From assembly GCA_021294815.2 (NCBI GenBank), contig CP095464.1:540001-572000 (forward strand): a stretch of DNA of 32,000 nucleotides, given 5' to 3'. The notes beneath the pieces were generated by a model, which was given only the letters and a program-made list of their open reading frames with translations, ran no database searches and was not told where the DNA came from. Source of the stretch: Verrucomicrobiota bacterium. Lineage in GTDB: Bacteria > Verrucomicrobiota > Verrucomicrobiia > Opitutales > LL51. A program made the translations under genes and the position numbers. Shown piece by piece: positions 1 to 10,793 of the stretch (positions within the stretch are counted from its first letter, which is position 1; each line of letters opens with the position of its first letter).

Positions 1-1052
1 GCGATGCCTTCACTATCTAAAATACTCGCACAGTCATGGGGATGTACATCGGGCTGCGTCCACGCGACAATCGGGATACGACGGTTTTGCGGGCATAAAA
101 TATAGACCTCTGGGAGTAACCGTTCGAGGAGTTCGTCTTGGAGTTTCTGAAGATACTTTTGCAAAGAGTCCCAGTCTAGGTTATTTAAGAACTGAATTGC
201 GGCACGAAGACCAGCGACGCCGATAATATTCGGTGTTCCCGCTTCGAAACGCTCTGGAATGGAACGAAAGATGGCCGGTCGACCTGTAAAGATACGTTCG
301 ACGATCCCGCCGCCAAAACGTACTGGTTGACAATTATTTAAAAGCGCTGATTTGCCATATAAAAATCCGATGCCTGTGGGACCGTAAGCTTTATGAGCCG
401 ATGTAACCCAAAAATCGCAATCCATTTCTTGGACATCAATCGGGCCATGTAGCAGAGCTTGAGCACCGTCGACGACACAAAGCGCTCCGACCTGATGCGC
501 CGCTTTTGCAATCCTTTTAACGGGATTGATCGTTCCCAAAACGTTGTGGTACTGCGCGATCGAGACAACTTTAGTCTGCGGTGAGAGTTTTTTTTGAAAA
601 TCGTCTTCGTCGAAATCCCCCTCCGGCGTCATCCCAATAAAACGCACCGTCGCCGATAGCCGCTGCCAGGGAAGAATATTGGAGTGATGATCTTGGATAG
701 TGACGAGAATTTCATCTTCGGGAGTGAGATACGTAAACTGTGAGGCAATCCAGTTGAGACCTTCTGTCGCTCCAGAGTTAAAAATAATTTCCCCGGCTGA
801 AGCTGCATGGATATAGGAAGCAATTGCTTGGCGCGTCGATTCGTACATGAGCTCCGATTGTGTTCCGAGATCATAAACACTGCGATGAATGTTGGCATTT
901 TGTCTGCGAAAATGTGTGTCAATCGCCTGAATCACGACTTCAGGAACCTGAGTTGTTGCGGCATTGTCTAGATAAAAAAGTGGCTTCCCAAAGCGGTTCT
1001 GGGTCGCTAAGATCGGAAATTGTTGACGAAAAGCCTGTGGATTAAAACCCAT
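1..1052 (-). CDS. sufS: Cysteine desulfurase, SufS/CsdA-type class V aminotransferase (partial; 3' end lies beyond window start)
   Basis: Absent from the ORF track because its stop is outside the window. Manual reverse-strand translation from the ATG at 1052 stays open to base 1. It reads MGFNPQAFRQQFPIL..YLDNAATTQ..VTSAHKAYGPTGIGFLYGK..RFEAGTPNI..HPHDCASILDSEGIA, which includes the PLP-lysine motif and SufS C-terminal motifs. The track ORFs 338-568 and 629-922 are wrong-frame shadows. Confidence 0.85.
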   Translation of the reverse strand, partial: MGFNPQAFRQQFPILATQNRFGKPLFYLDNAATTQVPEVVIQAIDTHFRRQNANIHRSVYDLGTQSELMYESTRQAIASYIHAASAGEIIFNSGATEGLNWIASQFTYLTPEDEILVTIQDHHSNILPWQRLSATVRFIGMTPEGDFDEDDFQKKLSPQTKVVSIAQYHNVLGTINPVKRIAKAAHQVGALCVVDGAQALLHGPIDVQEMDCDFWVTSAHKAYGPTGIGFLYGKSALLNNCQPVRFGGGIVERIFTGRPAIFRSIPERFEAGTPNIIGVAGLRAAIQFLNNLDWDSLQKYLQKLQDELLERLLPEVYILCPQNRRIPIVAWTQPDVHPHDCASILDSEGI

Positions 1053-1599
1053 TTTTTTCGAAAAAGTATACCAGCAGTGAGAGCGCCGCAATGCCGTGAT
1101 TAATATTCCCTTCATCGATACATCGACGGCATTCTTCCGGTGAGACGAGCATAATCGAAATTTCTTCATTGGGATCTAAGTGTTGTGTATCGATTCGTTG
1201 ACACTGCTCGATTAAGACGATATGGAGCCGATTATTCATCATCGCCGGATTGGGGTAAAGCGATAATAATTCATGTCCGGGTTCACCGACATAACCCGTT
1301 TCTTCGCGGAGTTCTCGGGCCGCGGCGTGAATCGGATCTTCACCGGCATCCATAATACCTCCGGGAGGTTCGAGCGAAAATTCCTGTGTTCCGAAACGGA
1401 ATTGTTTTACCAGAATAAGCTGCTGTTCCGGCGTTATGGCAATCACCTGCACCCAGTCGTTCGCCTCGATGGTATAAAAAGTCCCGTGACGATGATCGAT
1501 CGGGTGTTCAAACTGCTTCGCATAGACCTGAAAAATCGGGCAATTGAGCACTAATGCTTGTCTTTGCAGTTTCCAACGGCTCGGCATGTCACCTTCCAT
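1042..1599 (-). CDS. NUDIX hydrolase (ADP-ribose pyrophosphatase-like)
   Basis: Contains the Nudix box GGIMDAGEDPIHAAARELREETGY (GX5EX7REUXEEXGU). Its stop overlaps the sufS start in ATGGGTTTTAA, an 11-nt overlap that suggests translational coupling. An alternative start exists at 1587. Confidence 0.8.
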   Translation of the reverse strand: MEGDMPSRWKLQRQALVLNCPIFQVYAKQFEHPIDHRHGTFYTIEANDWVQVIAITPEQQLILVKQFRFGTQEFSLEPPGGIMDAGEDPIHAAARELREETGYVGEPGHELLSLYPNPAMMNNRLHIVLIEQCQRIDTQHLDPNEEISIMLVSPEECRRCIDEGNINHGIAALSLLVYFFEKNGF

Positions 1600-1737
1600 A
1601 AGGTGCGTACTGTTCGCAGATCGGGTTCACGAGTCAATCAAAATTCAAACGACGCTAACATATCGATTAGGAAATCCCGTATTCGGTATGAGAATTACGT
1701 TGAAATCCGTCTCCGTTGTTGCTACTTGTTGGAATAC

Positions 1738-3153
1738 ATGAGGTTGACAAAATATGAGCCCGGAAGTTTTGCCGAAATTTGGACCCTTGCGTGGCCAATG
1801 GTCCTCGCTGCGATGTCAAACTACCTCATGAGTCTTGTCGATCGCTCATTTTTAGGGCGGTACTCGACGGAGGCGATGGTTGCTGCAACGGGCGCCTACA
1901 CCGTTTATTGGACACACGTACGAACGATGATGTCGTTTATCGCGATGGCGACGGTGATTGTCAGTCAATGTCATGGTGCGCACAGTTATCGTCAAATTGG
2001 GCGTATTGTTTGGCAGGTTCTCTACGTGGCCTTTGGATATTACATGGTACTCATTCCCTGTGCGATTTTCAGTAAAGATCTGTTGGCGGATGCTTACAGT
2101 ACACTCGGAGCACCCTACTTATCCATTATTCTTCTGACCTTACCATTTCATTTAGCGGGGTATGGTGCGATTGGAGCATTTTTTCTGGGGATCGGTCGAA
2201 CACGGATTGTACCGGTTGTGATGATCATCTCCAACGTCGTCAATATTGTTCTCGATTATTTATTAATCTTAGGTCATGGTGGATTTCCACGCTTAGGGAT
2301 TATTGGTGCGGGCTTAGCGATGGGGATTGCGCAGATGGTCGCGTTTTCCATTTTCCTCTACCTCTTTTTACGGCGTCCATTCCGCCGCTATTACCACACG
2401 CATGTACCCATTTTTTGTTGGCCATTAATGAAGCGTCTCTTTTCGTCCGGGACTCCAAATGCGATTAACTCTCTATTTAATGCGGGTGGGTTAGCGCTAG
2501 TTTTTCAAATTGTCGGTAAAGTTTGTTCGCCGGATGCGATCGTTGCATTTTCGGTTGCCCACACCATTCACCTTGCATTTTGGTCGTTTACCGATGGTCT
2601 CGGCAAGGGCGTTTGTACCATTTGTTCAAACTATATCGGGAACGGCCAGATGTGGCGTTTACGAAAAATCATTCGGCCACTACTGACGCTGATGGGTATC
2701 TTTGGTGCGGTAACCGCGATTTTTATGGTGATCGCGCCCCAACTTGTCTTGCCGATTTTTGATATTCCCAATACCTCTCCCGAATTTTTTGCCGTATTCC
2801 GTAGTGTCTTATTTTGGGCGTGGGTTGCTTTGGTGATCGACTCCGTTCGCTGGTTAACACAAAACGCACTCATTTCTGCGGGGGATGCGTTATTTACGAT
2901 GTTTTCAAATGTCGGATGCTTTTGGGGATTTTCATTGCTACCGATTAGCCTCATGGTCTACGTCTATCGTTGCGCGGGAGCACGGTTTTGCTGGCAGTGC
3001 TTTGCTACGGATGCGGGGATACGGATCATTTTAAATTGGCTTCGTTTTTGCTCGAAACGCTGGCGGTATCACGCACGTCGTTCTTTTCGGGTTTCGCGAA
3101 TGGACCGGCAGATGCGTCGCCGTTCGCGAAATGCACGTCGGGCTTCAATATAG
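1738..3153 (+). CDS. MATE family efflux transporter
   Basis: About 12 predicted TM helices. The N-terminus after M61 of the track ORF (MRLTKYEPGSFAEIWTLAWPMVLAAMSNYLMSLVDRSFLGR) is typical of MATE/NorM-DinF proteins. The 60 aa upstream of 1738 look like non-coding read-through. The protein has an Arg-rich cytoplasmic tail. Confidence 0.75.
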   Translation: MRLTKYEPGSFAEIWTLAWPMVLAAMSNYLMSLVDRSFLGRYSTEAMVAATGAYTVYWTHVRTMMSFIAMATVIVSQCHGAHSYRQIGRIVWQVLYVAFGYYMVLIPCAIFSKDLLADAYSTLGAPYLSIILLTLPFHLAGYGAIGAFFLGIGRTRIVPVVMIISNVVNIVLDYLLILGHGGFPRLGIIGAGLAMGIAQMVAFSIFLYLFLRRPFRRYYHTHVPIFCWPLMKRLFSSGTPNAINSLFNAGGLALVFQIVGKVCSPDAIVAFSVAHTIHLAFWSFTDGLGKGVCTICSNYIGNGQMWRLRKIIRPLLTLMGIFGAVTAIFMVIAPQLVLPIFDIPNTSPEFFAVFRSVLFWAWVALVIDSVRWLTQNALISAGDALFTMFSNVGCFWGFSLLPISLMVYVYRCAGARFCWQCFATDAGIRIILNWLRFCSKRWRYHARRSFRVSRMDRQMRRRSRNARRASI

Positions 3154-3178
3154 GTTTTCGAGAAACCATTGACAACGC

Positions 3179-3802
3179 ATGCGGTTATGTAAAATCCCGC
3201 GCAGAATGATGTTCAGGTCCGTCGTGTGGGGTATTCTGTGTTGTGTGACGTCCCTTTGTGCGGGAAAAAGTTTCACTCCTCCGCTTCGAGAGGAGGTCAG
3301 TGCGCTTTCCTTTGAGGTATCGGCTCTTCAAACTGAGGTCCGTAATCTCACCGCAACCGTACAAAGTCTCCAAAAAGAAGTTGAAGTCCAAAAGCTTGCC
3401 CGGGATACGTTGAGTGATGCGTTGCGTGAAAAGGTCCAGAAATTGGTGACGGATGCCCTAACGCCATACGTCAATCGTGAAGAACTCGTCCCCCAGTTTC
3501 AGACATTTTCGGCGCAGGTTTCCGAAGAACTCACAGCGCTTGCAGAACGCTTTCAAGTCGCGCTCAACCGTATTATCGCGGTGCTCAACGCGCAGCACTG
3601 TTTGTCCGAGGTAGCTCAGGGAACGATGAAAAATCCGGGCGAAGGCATCGCTTATGAGGTCAAGGCCGGAGAGACGTTAGAGGGTATCGCTAAAAAATTT
3701 GATACGACGGTCGAGACGCTCGAAAAGCTCAACTTTTTCCCGAAAAAGGGCCAAGTGACGCCTGGTCAGATGCTCTTTATCCCGATTAAAGGAGCGAAGT
3801 AG
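3179..3802 (+). CDS. Secreted coiled-coil protein with a C-terminal LysM peptidoglycan-binding domain
   Basis: Signal peptide MMFRSVVWGILCCVTSLCAGKS (more likely start at 3206). Heptad-like region EVSALSFEVSALQTEVRNLTATVQSLQKEVEVQKL. LysM motif YEVKAGETLEGIAKKFDTTVETLEKLN..PGQMLFIP. Three-nt gap to parB. Confidence 0.7.
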   Translation: MRLCKIPRRMMFRSVVWGILCCVTSLCAGKSFTPPLREEVSALSFEVSALQTEVRNLTATVQSLQKEVEVQKLARDTLSDALREKVQKLVTDALTPYVNREELVPQFQTFSAQVSEELTALAERFQVALNRIIAVLNAQHCLSEVAQGTMKNPGEGIAYEVKAGETLEGIAKKFDTTVETLEKLNFFPKKGQVTPGQMLFIPIKGAK

Positions 3803-3805
3803 ACA

Positions 3806-4756
3806 ATGGTCAACGGGAAGCGATCGCGATTAGGCCGTGGCCTTGAAAACCTCATCATGCACGGTGTGGGGAGCAGTCTAGAGCCGGTGTCGACAAAGGA
3901 GGAACCTATAGATGCTTCGTTAGTTTCTGTAGAGCGCCAAAGTATGACCATTGAGGAAGTTGTGCCCGTTGCGGAAGTTCGGGAGATCGCGCTAAAACAC
4001 ATTATACCGAATGTCAAACAGGCTCGGCGGACGTTCAATGAAACCGCGGTTAAGGAGCTTGCTGAGAGTATCAGCCAAGAGGGGCTTTTACAGCCGATTC
4101 TTGTGCGGCCTTCTGAAGGGCAGTTTTTTACAATTGTCGCCGGAGAACGTCGTTTTCGGGCAATGCAGTCGTTGGGAAAAGAGACCATTTTAGCGCGTAT
4201 CATCCGAGCTACGGAGCGTGATTGTGCGGTGATTTCACTGATCGAAAATCTCCAACGTGAGTCCCTTAATCCGGTCGAAGAAGCGCTTGGGTTTGCGAAC
4301 CTCGTCGAAGAATATGGTTTTACGCAAGAACAGATTGCGCAACGTGTGGGTCGGGCGCGCGCGACAGTGGCGAATGTCATTCGGTTACTCAACCTCGAAC
4401 CGGATATGCTTCATGCTCTCGAAGTGGGACAGATCATGCCAGGGCACGCCAAGATTTTGTTAAGTGTCGAGGATCCCATTGCACGCCGTAAGCTCTTTGA
4501 AAAGATCATTGACGGAAATCTCAATATTCGTCAAACGGAACGCCAAGCAGCACTTTTAAAACCAAATCTTACAACGGTTGTTGCTTCAACGCCGAATGAA
4601 CTTAGCACGTCGCTCATGAAGATTGAAAAACAGATCGCGGAGCAACTTGCAGCTGAGGTTTCGTTGCAACATGGACCCAAACACGGGAAAATCGTCATCG
4701 AGTACAGCGGTGAGCAAGAATTGTTAAGGATTATCCAACTCATGGGGATTGCTTAA
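3806..4756 (+). CDS. parB: Chromosome partitioning protein ParB (Spo0J family)
   Basis: N-terminal RLGRGLENLI, ParB box GLLQPILVR..IVAGERRFRA, and an HTH region ENLQRESLNPVEEALGFANLVEEYGFTQEQIAQRVGRARATVANVIRLL. Confidence 0.9.
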   Translation: MVNGKRSRLGRGLENLIMHGVGSSLEPVSTKEEPIDASLVSVERQSMTIEEVVPVAEVREIALKHIIPNVKQARRTFNETAVKELAESISQEGLLQPILVRPSEGQFFTIVAGERRFRAMQSLGKETILARIIRATERDCAVISLIENLQRESLNPVEEALGFANLVEEYGFTQEQIAQRVGRARATVANVIRLLNLEPDMLHALEVGQIMPGHAKILLSVEDPIARRKLFEKIIDGNLNIRQTERQAALLKPNLTTVVASTPNELSTSLMKIEKQIAEQLAAEVSLQHGPKHGKIVIEYSGEQELLRIIQLMGIA

Positions 4757-4959
4757 TGTCGATTCAGCTTCAAACTTTTTGTCGGAAATTGGGTCACTTT
4801 GGGCGTTCGAGTGGCCGTTTGGGTGTTTTTCTCCTTTGTGTCCCTTTTTTTCTCATCTATCTCGGGTTGGCGTTACTCAAAAATGCTTATCGTGGGCCAC
4901 GTTCCGGCGAAACGCGCTAGAGCATTGACCTCGGCGCTTGTCGTTTTAACGTGGGGCCC

Positions 4960-6126
4960 ATGGATGTGCTGGAACAGTTGACCAATGGTGTCGATACCCT
5001 CGTAAACTGCGAATTGTTGGCGAAAAAGCTCGCAGAGCGCCGCCCGTTACGCGTAAAGTTAGGGGTCGATCCGACACGCCCGGATCTGACCTTCGGGCAT
5101 ATGGTGGTTTTCAATAAACTGCGGCAATTTCAAGACTTGGGGCACCAAGCGATTCTTTTGATTGGCGACCATACCGCGACCGTCGGTGATCCGTCGGGGC
5201 GTTCTGCGACGCGTCCTGTCCTTACACAAGATGAGGTCGAACAAAATGCGAAAACTTACCTCGAGCAGGTCTTTCGTATTCTTGATCCTTCGAAAACGGT
5301 CGTCCGCCGAAACAGCGAGTGGTTTCGGAAAATGACATTCGATGATATGCTCATCATTGCACGGAAGATGACGGTTGCGCGAATGTTAGAGCGTGACGAT
5401 TTCGCAAAGCGCTATCATGATAATGCTCCGATTTCGATTGTTGAGTTTTTGTACCCGTTGATGCAAGGGTATGACTCGGTGATGCTCGAGGCGGATGTCG
5501 AGCTCGGTGGTACGGATCAGCTCTTTAATCTTCTCGTGGGGCGCACGCTCCAAAAGGATTACGGGCAACCCGAGCAAGTAGTGATGACAATGCCGCTTCT
5601 CGTGGGACTCGACGGCGAACGCAAGATGTCGAAGAGCTACGATAATTATATTTCGTTCAACCATTCAGCTGCTGAAATGTTTGGAAAAATCATGTCGATT
5701 GCGGACGAGACGATGTGGATCTACTTTAAATTGCTGCTACTGTACTCAGACGCACAAGTCGAAAACCTTCATCATCAACACCCAATGGAAGTTAAAAAGT
5801 TACTAGCAAAAACACTCGTCGCGCGATTTTATGGGGACGAAGTTGCAAGCGATGAATGTCGCCAGTTTGAGTCGGTTTTTTCGAAAAAAGAGCTTCCCGA
5901 TGTGATGCCCGAAGTTGCGTTAGCGGCGCTACCCGAGGAAAAGAGAATGCTCGCGGATATCATGGGGGTTTCTCAGCTCTTTGAAAGTAATCGCGAAATT
6001 CGGCGACTCATCGACCAGGGAGCAGTGAAAGTTAATGGCGTAAAAGTTGCCGATCCGAGACATCCGATCGTTCCAGATGATGTGATTCAATCCGGGAAGC
6101 GCGTATTTTTCAAAGTTACAGCTTAG
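4960..6126 (+). CDS. tyrS: Tyrosine--tRNA ligase
   Basis: Class I HIGH-like motif (DLTFGHM), KMSKS motif, and a C-terminal S4 domain ([21 protein letters not shown]). The track ORF starts at GTG 4951, but ATG 4960 (MDVLEQL) is more likely. Confidence 0.9.
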   Translation: MDVLEQLTNGVDTLVNCELLAKKLAERRPLRVKLGVDPTRPDLTFGHMVVFNKLRQFQDLGHQAILLIGDHTATVGDPSGRSATRPVLTQDEVEQNAKTYLEQVFRILDPSKTVVRRNSEWFRKMTFDDMLIIARKMTVARMLERDDFAKRYHDNAPISIVEFLYPLMQGYDSVMLEADVELGGTDQLFNLLVGRTLQKDYGQPEQVVMTMPLLVGLDGERKMSKSYDNYISFNHSAAEMFGKIMSIADETMWIYFKLLLLYSDAQVENLHHQHPMEVKKLLAKTLVARFYGDEVASDECRQFESVFSKKELPDVMPEVALAALPEEKRMLADIMGVSQLFESNREIRRLIDQGAVKVNGVKVADPRHPIVPDDVIQSGKRVFFKVTA

Positions 6127-6814
6127 CCAAACTTTTGGTGTATTCGGACAAAAGAAATTCGATGAGTACGCGATCTTGAGGATATGTCAGCTTAAAATTC
6201 GGGGTGTGATTTTCCACAATTTTTAGCGTCCCCGTGTAGATGCCCGTATCGTCGGTTACGTTTTGAGGATTTTTAAAAAATTTTTGATAGTCGTTATAGA
6301 GTTGCGGCAGATAAAATGCCTGCGGGGTTTCGAGCGCCCAAAGTTGTTCGCGTGGTGGATAGGTACGTTGGGGCTCCCATAGAACTGTATCTGTAATTCG
6401 GTGAGCGAGTGTTGCTCCTACATCTTTTGTGACGACGTTGCGGAGATTTTCTAGATTTTGTGCGGTTAGTAGCGGACGAGCACCATCGTGAATAAAGACG
6501 ATAGTTTCACGCTTCTCGTGGTTAAAAATCCACTCAAGTGCATTGAATACCGAATCCGTCCGCATTGCGCCACCAAGGATGAATTGTAATGAGGCTAAGG
6601 CTTGTGGTAGCCATTGTTGAGCGGTTTTTTCGACGATATCCCGCTGTTCTTCCGAATGGCAAACGATGATTTGTTGATTGAAAAATCCGCTCGAGATAAA
6701 AGCGTGAAGCGAGTACAAATACGCCGGAATTCCATTCAGAGGCGCTAGGCATTTATCACCGAAACTCCAGCGTTGGCTTTGCCCGGCGACGAGAATAATC
6801 GCGACATATTGCAT
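6116..6814 (-). CDS. ispD: 2-C-methyl-D-erythritol 4-phosphate cytidylyltransferase
   Basis: Shows the IspD pattern [46 protein letters not shown] and [21 protein letters not shown]. Its start abuts the pyrG stop (TAGATG). Its 3' end overlaps tyrS convergently by 11 nt. Confidence 0.85.
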   Translation of the reverse strand: MQYVAIILVAGQSQRWSFGDKCLAPLNGIPAYLYSLHAFISSGFFNQQIIVCHSEEQRDIVEKTAQQWLPQALASLQFILGGAMRTDSVFNALEWIFNHEKRETIVFIHDGARPLLTAQNLENLRNVVTKDVGATLAHRITDTVLWEPQRTYPPREQLWALETPQAFYLPQLYNDYQKFFKNPQNVTDDTGIYTGTLKIVENHTPNFKLTYPQDRVLIEFLLSEYTKSLAKL

Positions 6815-8434
<1,620 letters not shown>

Positions 8435-8523
8435 TTAACGGAACCTCGACCAAGGACAAGGTAAAACCATCGCCCCTGAGGCCGAGACCTCTTGATACTC
8501 AGTTCGCTTTAAAAGAAGTACTC

Positions 8524-9369
8524 CTATTCGAACGTGAGTTGAAAGTTCACCGCTGGAACCGGTACATAGCTTGGGAGAAACCAGAGGCTTTCCTTGTTCG
8601 CGAAAGGCATGGGAGCATATCGGCTATTGAAGGCATTCCTATCGTCACCGATTGCGTAAATTTTTGCGGAAGATTGGATGAAAAATGCAAGAAGGATTTG
8701 CACCATGTGCGCGACTATGTAAAAATCACGCGGACACACGAAAGCTGTGGGAAAAGTATTTTCCTTCGCTAAAATGACACCGAGTGTTTTGTTCAGTTTT
8801 TCAATAGCGTAATAGATAACTGATTTTCCATTGATGAGATTTAGATGTTGAGCAAGTTTCGCGTAGCGCGAAATAGTACGTGCGTCCTTGTTATGCTTGT
8901 TCATACGAAATAGTAGTTGGGCGCCTCCCGTTACGTTCACTTGGCCCATAGGGTTTGACATGCCATTTGTAAGCATAAGCGCACACCACCTTTCTAGTAG
9001 GTCTACTAGGCGTTGCAGATCGTCGATGTTATGGAAGTCGTACCCGAAACGCAACGCAAGATCATCCATTTTACAGGTATGAGGAATTCTTTGAATATCT
9101 TGAAAAATTGTCGTCCTTTTAAGGGCATTAATTGCTTCCAAAATGTCCATCAATATTGCGCAGTAGGGAACTAAATCTGGATTATGGGGATTGGAAAGGA
9201 ATTCAAGATACATCGCCTCAAGCGTGTCAATGTCCGGAGTAACCGCTTGCTGGTGCGCAGCAACGGGAGCTTGTGGTGCTCCTTGGTGGTGAGCGTTGGT
9301 GCTACCAAAGAGAGAAGAACCCGTTAGTAGTGTAAGAATTATACAATTTTTTCGAATATTTAGCTTCAT
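8524..9369 (-). CDS. Hypothetical secreted protein, mostly helical, no recognisable domain
   Basis: Best start is ATG 9369 (MKLNIRKNCIILTLLTGSSLFGSTNAHH, signal-peptide-like). The track ORF extends to 9483. The DNA is visibly more AT-rich than its neighbours. I recognise no family motif. Confidence 0.55.
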   Translation of the reverse strand: MKLNIRKNCIILTLLTGSSLFGSTNAHHQGAPQAPVAAHQQAVTPDIDTLEAMYLEFLSNPHNPDLVPYCAILMDILEAINALKRTTIFQDIQRIPHTCKMDDLALRFGYDFHNIDDLQRLVDLLERWCALMLTNGMSNPMGQVNVTGGAQLLFRMNKHNKDARTISRYAKLAQHLNLINGKSVIYYAIEKLNKTLGVILAKENTFPTAFVCPRDFYIVAHMVQILLAFFIQSSAKIYAIGDDRNAFNSRYAPMPFANKESLWFLPSYVPVPAVNFQLTFE

Positions 9370-9544
9370 AGCGATGGACCTTCTGCCACTGCTTTTAATC
9401 GGAGTCAAGATTATTTTTAAAAAATTATAATCTTTTAAGAAACGGCTAATATTTGTTATGATATTGTGAACTTTCGCATCCATAAAGGGGTTCCCTTAAT
9501 CCCGATATCCCATAAAATTGATAATGTATGACAGGTATTTTGAC

Positions 9545-10198
9545 CTATTCGCTGCGCCAGGAAATGGCGTCGAGAGAATGATTGTTGTCGCCAACGGTAA
9601 AAAAAATGACCTTTTCGCGTAGCCCTTCTGGAGGGACTTTTTTTTGAATGGAGCGGTAGGAGCTAAAAATGTTTTGAGGGATCAGAACATCGTCGTCCAT
9701 ATCGCTTTCGATGACAAAGTAAATTTCGGGGTTATTAAAGCGATCCGCAAGGCGTGTTCGATCAATTGTTTTTTCGTTTTTCGCAATCCAAAAGTCGTCG
9801 TCGCTAAACTCGATAAAAGTTGTTCCGTTGGGGTTCAGGTACGCGTGCTCGTCGCGGAGCGCAGTGATACCGTCGAGTTCCTTACCAGAAAGCGCGCGCA
9901 TGAGGTTCGCCGAAATGGCTGCGTCAAGAGCAATAACTTTTTCGGAAGGTAGTTCCTCGGATTCAGAGAGAAGTCGAGGAAAAGCGCCATATTCATTAAA
10001 ATAATCACGCATGCCGACGGCGTAACGATTCAGCTGGACTCGGGATTGTGCGAGATGCATCGAACGTTTGACGCGGTTGAAAGTCGGCCAAATGAGCCCG
10101 ATGAGGATCGCGATTGTGGCAATAACGGCAAGTAGCTCGAGGATCGTGAATGCTCCCCGACGACGAACGGGGGCAACACGCAATAAATCCATACCCAT
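9545..10198 (-). CDS. Prepilin-type N-terminal cleavage/methylation domain protein (pseudopilin-like)
   Basis: Starting at ATG 10198: MGMDLLRVAPVRRRGAFTILELLAVIATIAILIGLIWP. This is a basic leader, a G/A-F cleavage-methylation motif, E at +5 and a hydrophobic helix. The C-terminal region is unrecognised. Confidence 0.7.
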   Translation of the reverse strand: MGMDLLRVAPVRRRGAFTILELLAVIATIAILIGLIWPTFNRVKRSMHLAQSRVQLNRYAVGMRDYFNEYGAFPRLLSESEELPSEKVIALDAAISANLMRALSGKELDGITALRDEHAYLNPNGTTFIEFSDDDFWIAKNEKTIDRTRLADRFNNPEIYFVIESDMDDDVLIPQNIFSSYRSIQKKVPPEGLREKVIFFTVGDNNHSLDAISWRSE

Positions 10199-10250
10199 GC
10201 AGACTCTGCTAAGAAATTTTTCGGTTCCGTCACGAAAGAATGTGATAATT

Positions 10251-10781
10251 TTAAAGAAAACCGCCGTTAGTGATAATGAGATCGCCGGCAATCCTGCTAT
10301 TTTCGAGAATGACGCCATCCTCAGTAACGTTTGTTGATATATCCGCGTTTTTGGGGGAAATCAGTATGTAAGAAGGATATCCCCAGCGATCGGGATCTTC
10401 GCGCAGGCGGTAGTAGTAGATGTAAGCGTTGCCAAAAGGGTTAACCAATGCTCCCTCGATTTCAGTAAGGGCAATGTCAATCCAATCAGTTTGACTTTCT
10501 GGAGTGCTACCATCGGGGAGAATTTTGCCATTAAGTGCCGAACAGAGAATTTTCCCTTGGCGTGCGTTGTGTTGGGCGACCCAGGGGTAGTCCCCGTAGG
10601 CCGTGCGATAATTTTCTAAAATATGCGCGATTTTGATCATTTCAGCCCGCGCCAGCATCGCTTTTTTACGCCCACGGAACGTTTCCATGCCAATAGCGCC
10701 AAAAGCCCCCAAAAGTAGGAGCAGCAAAAAAACGACGCAGACCATTTCGATCAGAGTGAATCCGCGGTGCTTTTTGTGCAT
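10251..10781 (-). CDS. GspG-like major pseudopilin (type II secretion / type IV pilin-like)
   Basis: ATG 10781 gives MHKKHRGFTLIEMVCVVFLLLLLL, a classic prepilin leader. It is followed by the GspG-like RAEMIKIAHILENYRTAYGDYP and NPFGNAYIYY. A GGTGAG Shine-Dalgarno-like sequence lies upstream, and the gap to the OMP gene stop is 12 nt. Confidence 0.75.
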   Translation of the reverse strand: MHKKHRGFTLIEMVCVVFLLLLLLGAFGAIGMETFRGRKKAMLARAEMIKIAHILENYRTAYGDYPWVAQHNARQGKILCSALNGKILPDGSTPESQTDWIDIALTEIEGALVNPFGNAYIYYYRLREDPDRWGYPSYILISPKNADISTNVTEDGVILENSRIAGDLIITNGGFL

Positions 10782-10793
10782 GAAGTTTCTCAC

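Noticed and set aside
338..922. Track ORFs 338-568(-) and 629-922(-).
   Set aside because: They lie in frames different from the uninterrupted sufS reading frame, which carries the diagnostic class V aminotransferase motifs. They are shadow ORFs.
1558..1737. A 60-aa N-terminal extension of the MATE ORF, plus ORF 1544-1741(+).
   Set aside because: The extension is Arg/Ser-rich with no TM helix or signal peptide, and it overlaps the NUDIX 5' end. The MATE-like sequence begins at the ATG at 1738.
3766..4392. A 208-aa ORF antisense to parB.
   Set aside because: It overlaps the strongly supported parB gene entirely. Its Arg/Ser-rich composition is typical of antisense frames.
4799..4981. A 60-aa TTG-initiated ORF with a hydrophobic N-terminus in the parB-tyrS spacer.
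   Set aside because: It has a non-ATG start and no Shine-Dalgarno sequence, it overlaps the tyrS start, and it sits at the minimum ORF size. The support is insufficient.
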